Shown: one piece after another, positions 1 to 8,155 of the stretch | Position numbering within the stretch: position 1 is the stretch's first letter | Layout: the number at the start of each line of letters is the position of its first letter | Assembly: GCA_963845535.1 (NCBI GenBank) | Contig: CAWJSK010000004.1 | Location: 1 to 64,000 of the forward strand | DNA from: an uncultured Spirochaetota bacterium | GTDB lineage: Bacteria; Spirochaetota; Spirochaetia; SZUA-6; Fen-1364 | Length of the DNA stretch: 64,000 nucleotides | Reading direction: 5' to 3' | The notes under the pieces: model-generated | Database searches by the model: none | What the model was told of the DNA's origin: nothing | What the model saw: only the letters and a program-made list of their open reading frames with translations | Position numbers and translations under genes: made by a program

Positions 1-32
1 AATAAGGGGGCGGCTTCAACGACTTGTTACGC
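1..32 (-). mobile_element. attC: attC site, truncated by window edge
   Basis: CTTCAACGACTTGTTACGC matches the arm of the other attCs; R'' box GCGTAAC at 26-32 on minus. Confidence 0.8.
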
Positions 33-247
33 GCACCCACTACCTATCGCGGGGCGGGCCGTGCGGTACAGCTATCACGGAGGCGCGTTGCCTTTGTGAG
101 CTTGCAGTAGGCCCGCCTCATAGCTGAGCCTTGTAAGAACGGCTCCTTGCGCACGGACGGCAGGCACTACCGTGTGGTCACGGGCTTCTCAGGGATTTCT
201 TCCCCCAACATTCTTCGAGCGTTGCAAAACGTACAAAAGTTAGTTGC

Positions 248-361
248 GTGTAACATAGAGTTCAGCAGCCCCGCCGCATCAGCATCATGGCCGCCGAATT
301 CTCGCCGGCATTCACAGTTTTACCCTGCACTTAAGGGGACTGCTGCAACGATTTGTTATGA
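248..361 (-). mobile_element. attC: attC site (114 bp)
   Basis: R'' TCATAAC ... R' GTTACAC; paired L arms with extrahelical bases; homologous to the other copies. Confidence 0.93.
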
Positions 362-420
362 TCCACGCCTATGCCCCCGAACGGTTCAGCCTTTCCAACC
401 AAGTCCCCAATTTGGATGCC

Positions 421-690
421 CTACTCGCCATAATGGGTCCACATTCTCAAAATCTTTACAGCCTTTTCCTCTTCCAAGACTTGATAAACCAGTCTGTGAT
501 GAATGCTTATCCTTCGTGAAAATGCTCCTGTAAGGTCACCAAGTAGTTTCTCGTACGGAGGATGGCGTGCAAAAGGATTGCGTCGAAGTAGCTTCAAGAG
601 CTTTTCCGCTTGAGGGCGCAATCCCGCGTGGCTTATCTTTTTGGCATCCTTTTGCGCCGCCTTGGTGAAGTACAGCCGGTAACTCACCAA
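421..690 (-). CDS. yoeB: Txe/YoeB family toxin (cassette 4)
   Basis: YEKLLGDLTGAFSRRISIHHRLVY...MWTHY pattern; overlaps antitoxin stop. Confidence 0.92.
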   Translation of the reverse strand: MVSYRLYFTKAAQKDAKKISHAGLRPQAEKLLKLLRRNPFARHPPYEKLLGDLTGAFSRRISIHHRLVYQVLEEEKAVKILRMWTHYGE

Positions 691-926
691 TTGGCCTTGG
701 TGGACATTTTAGAAAGCGGTTCCTTCATCCCTTTGATAATGGATTCTCTCATGCCAGGGATTGATAGCAGATGTAGCGTCTCCTCAATGGAGCGCCAGTC
801 ATCCTCTCCTACGAGAACAGCGGACTTGCTTTTGCCAGTTATGTGAACTGGTTCGTGCGTCTCGGAAAGGCTCTCGACAAGTTTGTAGAGGTTTTTCCGA
901 GCGTTTGTGATATTGATACTGCTCAT
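684..926 (-). CDS. yefM: Phd/YefM family antitoxin (cassette 4)
   Basis: ITNARKNLYKLV...PVHIT...AVLV...IEETLHLLS; SD AAGGAG. Confidence 0.92.
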   Translation of the reverse strand: MSSINITNARKNLYKLVESLSETHEPVHITGKSKSAVLVGEDDWRSIEETLHLLSIPGMRESIIKGMKEPLSKMSTKANW

Positions 927-942
927 CTAGAAAGATCTCCTT

Positions 943-993
943 ACGTACGTCTTACCGTACGTTCAATCTATCCCGATATTCACAAACCGTCAA
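943..993 (-). promoter_or_regulatory. sigma70 promoter and operator of yefM-yoeB
   Basis: TTGACG(993-988)-N17-TAGATT(970-965); two CGTACG palindromes at 944-949 and 956-961. Confidence 0.8.
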
Positions 994-1139
994 GATGCTT
1001 TCGAGCCTTTGTATCGTCCAGCGTCCGGCTAAAGGATGATGAACTGATCGTGAAGACAACATGCTCATCTCGTAGAACATTGCGTTCGTTTGAAGGCCCA
1101 AGTGCTTCGTCAAACACGCGAGACCATCTGCAAAGTGGA

Positions 1140-1255
1140 TCATAACATAGAGTTCAGTTGCGCCGCCGCATCAGATCAGCCCTGCACGGTTTTCAAGAGA
1201 TGCATCCATCGATCCAAACGACCTCCAAGGCGTCAACTGCAACGACTTGTTATGA
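1140..1255 (-). mobile_element. attC: attC site (116 bp)
   Basis: TCATAAC...GTTATGA with conserved arms. Confidence 0.93.
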
Positions 1256-1789
1256 TGACCTCCGGTGATGGCGGGGTCGATTCCTACCGTAGGCCTTCAC
1301 CGTACGAGAACTCGCTTCAGCTCATCTACAACGAACGGTTGTAGTAACACAATCGATTCTCACTGTCAGATACAGCAAAGGCCTAAACTCTTGCAGTCAA
1401 AGGCTTCTCTCCAGACGCCGGCCTGGGCTTTCCTTCCACATGCCCCGCCATCATGTGGTTGGCCGCTTTCCGTTTCGGATATCTTTCTCTTCGCGCTCTC
1501 CCTGCAAATCCGCTCCTCCCAAAGATCTCTCCAATGCGGGCGCGGGTTTCACCGATCTGCACCCAAAGCAGTTTCCTTCAAAGGGCTCTCTATGAGACTC
1601 TTTGAATGTGATCACCGACAGCGCTTGAGCGTTGCAGCCCGTCTGTTTGTGCAACCAAGTGGGATGGTCAAAGAAACCATAGAAACCTAGGGCAGACGCA
1701 GCCCCGCGCCCTCTTGATTTCGGTGAGCCAATCTTGCCCCCAGCTTTCATTGAGGAGGTCGGTTTTTGTAGACATCCTCAAGTTGGGCA

Positions 1790-1905
1790 TCATAACATAG
1801 AGTTCACTTGCCGCCCCGTCCGAAGCCAAGTACCGACAGGTCTTCAGAATCAAGCTGTCGCTCAAAGACTACGCTCAGGCGGACAAGTGCAACGACTTGT
1901 TAGCC
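1790..1905 (-). mobile_element. attC: attC site (116 bp)
   Basis: GGCTAAC...GTTATGA with conserved arms. Confidence 0.93.
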
Positions 1906-1981
1906 GTTCCGGCTCGATGGCATTCTGAAAGCAAAAAGCAACGCTAGCCATAATAAGCTACTTGGGACTATTCACTGAGAT

Positions 1982-2464
1982 TTAATTCTCAAGGATTCGT
2001 ATGAAAGAGTCTTTGTCCTCTTTCGAGGCAAATGCTCTCTTCCGAATTACTGCAATCCCCATCAAGAGATCAACTATCACGTCTTCGTCTGATTCTTCCA
2101 CACCTTGAACTTCAGCCCAGTTATGAGTTCTTTCAATGCCATCCTGCCTAACCCATAGGCCTTCAGGCCTAAGCTCGAAAATGCATTCAATCTCCTTGCC
2201 CTTGTTATGCTTTTCGTCAATTTGTGTCTGATGGAACTTTGTTTGTAGCTTTTCCCACAATAGTCCTCCCCCGATCCCGACAATTAGAGCCAAAGGAATT
2301 CTTACTAAGAGAGGAGTTGAGTTGCCCAGTCCGATAAGAAAGCCTATCAGAAGACATAGGCCAATGATGATGGAAAGGAATGGGACCTTTTTCTCCGCGA
2401 ACAGTTTCCCAACTTCATGTACCTCTTCCACAGTTGCCAGGAGTTGAGCTCTTGGGTAAGTCAT
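1982..2464 (-). CDS. Membrane protein, YcxB-like (cassette 2)
   Basis: Two N-terminal TM helices then a YcxB-like C-terminus (HNWAEV..VEE...VIRKRAF...F); SD AGGAGG; low GC. Confidence 0.65.
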   Translation of the reverse strand: MTYPRAQLLATVEEVHEVGKLFAEKKVPFLSIIIGLCLLIGFLIGLGNSTPLLVRIPLALIVGIGGGLLWEKLQTKFHQTQIDEKHNKGKEIECIFELRPEGLWVRQDGIERTHNWAEVQGVEESDEDVIVDLLMGIAVIRKRAFASKEDKDSFIRILEN

Positions 2465-2604
2465 GCAAGACCCCCCTCCTATGAGAAGATGTCAACGAGC
2501 GTCAGCGTTCGCAAGCACTACTTGAAAGAAAGATAATCCGCCCAGTGTAAGTCCCGCCATCAGGAACGATCAATGCCATTGGCATCAGGATGGAATTAAG
2601 GAAC

Positions 2605-2719
2605 GGCTAACATAGAGTTCACTTGCCGCCCCGACTGAAGACAAATGTCGGCGGTTTGGGGCTCTACGGCCAAGGTTCCATACGGCCTCTTGGCGGTCAA
2701 GTGCAACGATTTGTTAGGC
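2605..2719 (-). mobile_element. attC: attC site (115 bp)
   Basis: GCCTAAC-AAATC-GTTGCACTTGACCGCC...GGCGGCAAGTGAAC-TCTAT-GTTAGCC. Confidence 0.93.
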
Positions 2720-2725
2720 GTCAGC

Positions 2726-2935
2726 TCATGCGTACTCGTAGACGGGTGTTTCAACGATCTTGTCAGGTTTCCGCCGACTCTTGATCAAGACACGGATACG
2801 TTCCACCGTCTCTGGCGCGAAGTACTGCTCGCCAGTCTCCTGGGAAACCTTGGCGGGGACGTGTTCCACGATATAGACCTGTCCGTCATACTCGAGGGTA
2901 TAGGTAACCTTGGCATCGACTAATGTTTCCGACAT
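2726..2935 (-). CDS. YgiT-type zinc-finger-like protein, Cys-less (cassette 1)
   Basis: VTYTLEYDGQVYIVEHVPAKVSQETGEQYFAPETVERI; SD AGGAG. Confidence 0.8.
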   Translation of the reverse strand: MSETLVDAKVTYTLEYDGQVYIVEHVPAKVSQETGEQYFAPETVERIRVLIKSRRKPDKIVETPVYEYA

Positions 2936-2944
2936 CTATTTCTC

Positions 2945-3262
2945 CTATCCGTGCCGGCGGATCCGCATTCCAATCCACCTCTCTGGGTCGGGTTCGTAGA
3001 CCGTCACTATCTTGACGAACTTCGGATCGGAGTATGCGCATTGCACATGCAGCGCCTTTCCACTCTTAGTATACCCAAGAATTAGACAGCTGGGGCCGTA
3101 CTTGTCCTGAGGGTAATCCTCAATCAATTCCGCTTCCCCCAAGATCGTTTGTTCTACTTCAGCAACGCTAATGTCCCGGACAATCAATTGGTCGGCGGCG
3201 TGCTTGGACAACAAATACTGCTGCGCCTTGATTCGGGCCTTGATGCTGTCCAGTGAGGGCAT
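2945..3262 (-). CDS. DUF4258 family putative toxin (cassette 1)
   Basis: LSKHAADQ...IEDYPQDKYGPSCLILG...LHVQC...IVTVYEPDPERW. Confidence 0.85.
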   Translation of the reverse strand: MPSLDSIKARIKAQQYLLSKHAADQLIVRDISVAEVEQTILGEAELIEDYPQDKYGPSCLILGYTKSGKALHVQCAYSDPKFVKIVTVYEPDPERWIGMRIRRHG

Positions 3263-3400
3263 GGTCCACCCTATGCCAGGAGTACCTCAACGTCAACCGG
3301 CTGGCGTTGTCAACCGGCTGGCGTCCAATGGGCTCAAGTCCCGTGTCGGACGGGCTATTCCGCGGGAGGGCAGTGAACAGGTCAAGACCCCTGTGCTGAC

Positions 3401-3420
3401 GCCTAACAATCATATTAGCG
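3401..3420 (-). mobile_element. attI: attI site
   Basis: CGCTAAT-N6-GTTAGGC on minus between intI and first cassette; R box complementary to R'' of the first attC. Confidence 0.8.
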
Positions 3421-3541
3421 AGTTTTAGAGGATAACCCGGAAAAGAATAGTGTTAGACAGCGGCCCTGCGCCCACAAGCAGCGTATCACTTCGGCACGTC
3501 TTGTTAGACATCATGCATGTAATCGGAGAGGAGGGCGTGTT

Positions 3542-5029
3542 ATGCGGTCGTTCAGGGAGTTTCTCACGGAAAACAATCGAATCGAGGAACGTCTACTCCA
3601 ACCGTACCAACTCTGGGTGAGGAAATACTGCAACTATTCTGAAGAAGAAGGCATCAACGACCAGTCGTTGAATCGTTTCCTTCACTGGCTCGGCGGGAAA
3701 TACTCAAAACAGCAGGTCCTGCAAGCCCAGAGGGCGCTTCAACTATACTGCTACTATCGAACGCGCTATGCCACGAAGGTCAGCCGCGATCGTGGCGGAA
3801 TCGACAGTGGATCCTTCTCGCGGCAGGAAGCCAGCGGCGGCGACCGGGCCCAAAGCGGCAGCATCGCGACGGATGGCAGGGCCGGGAACTGGGCCGCAAA
3901 AGCGGGCGCGCGACCAAGCGCGGAAGCCCGCGGTGTTGCGGAGGCGCGCGGAGGCGGAACCGTGTCGCAGACCAACGCATCTCGAGCTGGCAGCGCGCGG
4001 GGAGGCAGCAACCCGAGGGACGTTGCTCAGACGCCAAAGATGATTCAGCTTCCCTCTCAATCGCTTTTCATCAGCTGGAGGGCGTTGGAGGAAGAGCTTC
4101 TGCGGCTCATGCGCCTCAAACACCTTTCGCCACGGACGGAAAAGACTTATCTGGCTTGGTTCGCCCAGTTTAGGGCGTTCACGAGAGAGAAGCCGCGTCG
4201 AGAGCTTTCAGAGCTGGACTTTAAGGGATTCCTTTCCTACCTTGCGGTGGAAAGGAAGGTCGCAGCGGCAACTCAAAGACTGGCGTTCAATGCAATCCTT
4301 TTCCTCTATCGGAATGTCCTTGGGCTTGAAGTCAACGGCTTATCCACCGTGGTGCCCTCCCGAGTTCCGAAAAAGCTACCCGTGGTACTCAGCAAGCAGG
4401 AAATCCAGAGGGCTTTCTCGCACCTCCGAGAACCCTACCTCCTCATGGCGCAGCTCATCTATGGTGGCGGCCTGAGACTGGAGGAGTGTCTTACCTTACG
4501 GGTAAAGGATATCGACTTCGAAAGGAATTGCTTGACGATACGGGCAGGGAAGGGCAGCAAGGATCGCGAAACGGTCCTGCCGGAAAAGGTCATCAGTGAT
4601 ATTCATCGCCACCTGATGAAAATCCATCGGCTCTACGATCAGGATCAGAAGCGCCGGATTGAAGTAACGACACCCGGCGCTCTTGGAAGGAAATACCCGG
4701 GCGTGGGAGGGGAGTGGGGTTGGTACTGGGTGTTCCCTTCGGAAAGCCTTGCGGTGGATCCACTCTCGGGCGCCGTCAAGCGCCATCATATTTACCCCAC
4801 CACTCTCCAGAAGTCTTTTCGGGACGCTGTGCGTGCCGCGGGTATCGTCAAACATGCCAGCATTCATACGCTTCGGCACAGCTTCGCAACGCACTTGATC
4901 GAGCGCGGATATGACATCCGGACCATCCAGGAGCTTCTCGGCCACACTGACGTATCGACGACGATGATCTACACCCATGTGGCGACAAAGAACAAGCTCG
5001 GCGTGACCAGCCCTATCGACGCGTTGTAG
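3542..5029 (+). CDS. intI: Integron integrase with N-terminal extension
   Basis: Tyrosine recombinase residues (GLRLEE, GKGSKDR, HTLRH, LLGH, TMIYTH) plus IntI-specific insert ALGRKYP..WGWYWVFPS. Confidence 0.97.
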   Translation: MRSFREFLTENNRIEERLLQPYQLWVRKYCNYSEEEGINDQSLNRFLHWLGGKYSKQQVLQAQRALQLYCYYRTRYATKVSRDRGGIDSGSFSRQEASGGDRAQSGSIATDGRAGNWAAKAGARPSAEARGVAEARGGGTVSQTNASRAGSARGGSNPRDVAQTPKMIQLPSQSLFISWRALEEELLRLMRLKHLSPRTEKTYLAWFAQFRAFTREKPRRELSELDFKGFLSYLAVERKVAAATQRLAFNAILFLYRNVLGLEVNGLSTVVPSRVPKKLPVVLSKQEIQRAFSHLREPYLLMAQLIYGGGLRLEECLTLRVKDIDFERNCLTIRAGKGSKDRETVLPEKVISDIHRHLMKIHRLYDQDQKRRIEVTTPGALGRKYPGVGGEWGWYWVFPSESLAVDPLSGAVKRHHIYPTTLQKSFRDAVRAAGIVKHASIHTLRHSFATHLIERGYDIRTIQELLGHTDVSTTMIYTHVATKNKLGVTSPIDAL

Positions 5030-5744
5030 CAGGTTCGACCTGCGAAACGCAGAGATGCGCCGCGCGAGAGGCAAAACGCGGGGCGGCGACCTAGGGAAGC
5101 GCCATCCGAGAGGCGAAACACGAGAAAGCGCGAGATGCACCATGCGAGAGCGGAACACGCGGGTGCGAAACCTGAGAAGTTGAACGCAGGGTGGCGGAAC
5201 CATGGGAGACGGACTGCCGCCCCACCTAGCAATCCGTCGCGAGACGGTAAGGCAGCGAGGCAGCCAGACGTGTCTTCCCTTAAGATGCCCGCACCCCGCA
5301 AAAACGAGGGAGCATCAGGACTGAGGCATGATGAATCGGTGAGCGCCGCCGAAACATGCTGCCCACCGGGCAGCGGGGTATCATCATTTTACACGATCAC
5401 CGACCCCCCGTAAACACGGCGAAGCATTGCGTCGGGGATGTCGATGCAATGCGTCAACGGGGATGCTGGAGGCATGCGGGGGATTCGAGGGGATGCGAGA
5501 GGGGATGCGTCAGGGGGATTGACAATCGCCACGATTTTTGCCTATAGCGCGCGAGCTTTTGATGAGCAGTCGCTCGATCACGCGTGAATCAAGCTTCGCC
5601 TCGCTTGACACTTCCGCCTGAAAGTGGTTCTACATCAGTCAATCACGCCATCGGTACCCCAAACTACCCATGGAGACGAGCATCGTTGATGCCCGGGTGC
5701 CGCAAACGGTGTGTGCAATTGATACGGTTCGGAGGTTTTCAAAG

Positions 5745-6314
5745 ATGCGCTATCTCAAGGTGCTCATCCCGGTGGTCCTCGTTGCCGCGCTTGGCGCGTG
5801 CGCGAAGCCGCCTCAGGCAGACATTGACGCGGCAAAGGCGGCCGTGGCGACCGCTTCGCAGAACGCGGACGTCGTCGCGTATGCTGCTGATACTCTGAAG
5901 ACAGCCCAAGACGAGCTCACGCAGATGCAAACGGAGTTGGATGCGAAGCACTACGACAAGGTGAAGAGCCTGGCCATCGAGGCAAAAGCCGCCGCGGAGA
6001 CCGCGGCCAACGATGCGGCCAAAGGCAAGGAGAAAGCCCAGGCCGACGCAACAGCGCTGATTGACTCGCTGAAGAAGGCGCTGCCGGATGCCGCGCAGAA
6101 ACTGGCGGCAGCGAAAAAGATCCGCAAGCTGAAGCTGAACTTCGGGACCTTTGCCAAGCAGCTCCAGGACGCGAAGGCCGCTCTGGCTGATGCGCAGAAA
6201 GACCTGGACGCCGGCAACTTCGCCACTGCCCTGCAGAAGGCAACCGCAATCCAGTCCCAGCTCACTGACGGTGAGACGATGATTGCCGACGCCGAGGCGG
6301 CTCTGAAAAAGTAG
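5745..6314 (+). CDS. Alanine-rich helical lipoprotein (DUF4398-like)
   Basis: SD GGAGG; lipobox LGAC; CAKPPQADIDAAKAAV. Confidence 0.7.
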   Translation: MRYLKVLIPVVLVAALGACAKPPQADIDAAKAAVATASQNADVVAYAADTLKTAQDELTQMQTELDAKHYDKVKSLAIEAKAAAETAANDAAKGKEKAQADATALIDSLKKALPDAAQKLAAAKKIRKLKLNFGTFAKQLQDAKAALADAQKDLDAGNFATALQKATAIQSQLTDGETMIADAEAALKK

Positions 6315-6373
6315 CTGTTGGCACGTCACGCTGGGAGAAGGACGTTCGATCGTCTCTTTCCTGCGCGGTCAAC

Positions 6374-6407
6374 GAAGGGGCTGCCCGAAATGGGCAGCTC
6401 TTTTTTG
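6374..6407 (+). terminator. Intrinsic terminator
   Basis: GCTGCCC-GAAAT-GGGCAGC followed by T run. Confidence 0.85.
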
Positions 6408-6528
6408 TCTCGGGGAGAGCGGGGCGGGGCGGGGGAAGGAGAATGCCCCGTAGGGGGAGTAATCGGGGAAACGGCGTCAGAGAACGCGTCGGGGAAAAGG
6501 TGTCAGGATGTGAGGAAGCGACGCAGCG

Positions 6529-7089
6529 TCAGCCGGGGAAAAAGGCGCCCAGGAGATCCTTGCCCCGTCTGCCCAGAACGAAAGCGCATCCGAGCCCCAG
6601 GACCTCGAGCGCGAATACCGCCGCCCGCACCCACGTACGCGATGTGTCGAAAGCGAAGGCGAAGACTGCGGCGGCCAGGGTGGACACAAGGAAAACCAAG
6701 CCCAGCACCTTCTTCGTTCGAAGCGCAGGGGTGGTGGTTTTTCGAAATCTCAGTTTTCCATCATACAGGCCGGAGACGTAGGAGGCAATGACGGCCAGGG
6801 GCAGGACGCCGACAAACACGCGCATCACGTCAGTGGTTGACTGAAAGAGAACGCCGGGAAACAGCAGAACGAGCAGTGCAACCGCGGCGGCGCAGGTTGC
6901 AAAGGAAATGGAGAAGTGGTCGATAATCGGGTGCACGTCGAGCCCGAGGAGGAAGCGCCGGCGCGCAGACATCGGATCCTTCCACGGCTCCATCATCTTT
7001 CGAGGCACGCCGCACGCCGGGCAAACATCGCCGACACGGTCCGACTCGACGACGTAGCCGCACGATTTGCATCTCAGAAGCTCTGCCAT
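6529..7089 (-). CDS. Rubredoxin-like domain fused to 4-TM DUF2231-like domain
   Basis: CKSC..CPAC N-terminus; HPIIDHF then hydrophobic helices. Confidence 0.7.
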   Translation of the reverse strand: MAELLRCKSCGYVVESDRVGDVCPACGVPRKMMEPWKDPMSARRRFLLGLDVHPIIDHFSISFATCAAAVALLVLLFPGVLFQSTTDVMRVFVGVLPLAVIASYVSGLYDGKLRFRKTTTPALRTKKVLGLVFLVSTLAAAVFAFAFDTSRTWVRAAVFALEVLGLGCAFVLGRRGKDLLGAFFPG

Positions 7090-7135
7090 GATATGTCCCC
7101 CCAGGCTTCTGCAATACTACCTGGGGGGAAGTCAG

Positions 7136-7264
7136 GGCGCAAGACGCAGCGGGGGTGTCGCCACGGCGAGTCCCCGCAAGATGCTGTAAGAATGCCGACG
7201 CGGTTGGCCCGCTGGCGCAAGATGCAGCGGGGGTGTCGGCACGGCCGGTGCGGGCGCAAGATGC
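7136..7264. repeat. Intergenic direct repeats
   Basis: 32-bp GGCGCAAGAYGCAGCGGGGGTGTCGSCACGGC twice (7136, 7214) alternating with CGCAAGATGC half-copies. Confidence 0.75.
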
Positions 7265-7285
7265 CAGGCGAGCGACTGGCGAGCG

Positions 7286-8155
7286 TCAGCCCCCTTGCTT
7301 TTTCACCGCCTCCTCGGCAATGCCGACAAGCGGCTTCAGCATGCTCATGAACTCCATGGGGAAGATGAACTTTGTGGCAGCCCCGGTGCCCATCTGCTTC
7401 AGCGTATCGAAATACTGGAGCATCATGGTCTTGGAGTCCACGGTCTTTGCCGTGCCGAAGATCTTCTCCAGGGCAAGGGCAAAGCCCTCCGCGCGAAGAA
7501 TGGCGGCCTGACGGTCTCCTTCCGCCTTGAGGATGGCGGATTGCTTCTCGCCTTCTGCAACCAGGATGGCGGACTGGCGCTTTCCCTCGCTCTCGATGAT
7601 CATGGCCCTCTTGTTCCGCTCCGCGGACATCTGGCGGTTCATGGCGTCCTGGATGTCCTTGGGCGGGACGATCTCGCGGATTTCAACCGTCGTGACCTTG
7701 ACTCCCCAACGCTCGGTCACCTCGTCCAGCTTGGTGCGAAGAACCCGGTTGATCTCTTCACGTTTGGAGAGGACATCATCAAGGGGAATATCGCCGATGA
7801 CGGCGCGTAGCGTGGTGGTTGCAATTCCCTGGCTTGCCCCGGCGAAGTTTGCAACCTGGATCACCGAAAGGCTCGGGTCCATGACTCGCCAATAGATGAG
7901 GAAGTCGATGTCGATGGGAGCGTTGTCTTTGGTGATACAGGTCTGGCTGGGTATCTCCAGGTACAGCTCGCGCAGGTCAGTCCAGACGGGCTTGTCCACG
8001 ATGGGGATCAGGAACACGAGGCCGGGGCCGCGGGCGCCGACGCTGCGGCCGAGCCGGAACACCACCAGGCGCTGGTACTCCCGCACCACCTTGATGGAGG
8101 CGGAGAGGATGATAATGACCAGGATGATGATGACCGCTGTGAGAAGATAACTCAT
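7286..8155 (-). CDS. SPFH/stomatin (band 7) protein
   Basis: VVREYQRLVVFRLG, ITKDNAPI, QMSAERNKRA. Confidence 0.95.
   Translation of the reverse strand: MSYLLTAVIIILVIIILSASIKVVREYQRLVVFRLGRSVGARGPGLVFLIPIVDKPVWTDLRELYLEIPSQTCITKDNAPIDIDFLIYWRVMDPSLSVIQVANFAGASQGIATTTLRAVIGDIPLDDVLSKREEINRVLRTKLDEVTERWGVKVTTVEIREIVPPKDIQDAMNRQMSAERNKRAMIIESEGKRQSAILVAEGEKQSAILKAEGDRQAAILRAEGFALALEKIFGTAKTVDSKTMMLQYFDTLKQMGTGAATKFIFPMEFMSMLKPLVGIAEEAVKKQGG

Noticed and set aside
248..2719. Repeats as a CRISPR array
   Set aside because: Units are 114-116 bp imperfect palindromes separated by gene-sized inserts next to intI; they are attC sites and no cas genes are present.
7136..7264. Mini-CRISPR
   Set aside because: Only two full copies, the intervening sequences contain half-repeats, and there is no leader or cas gene.
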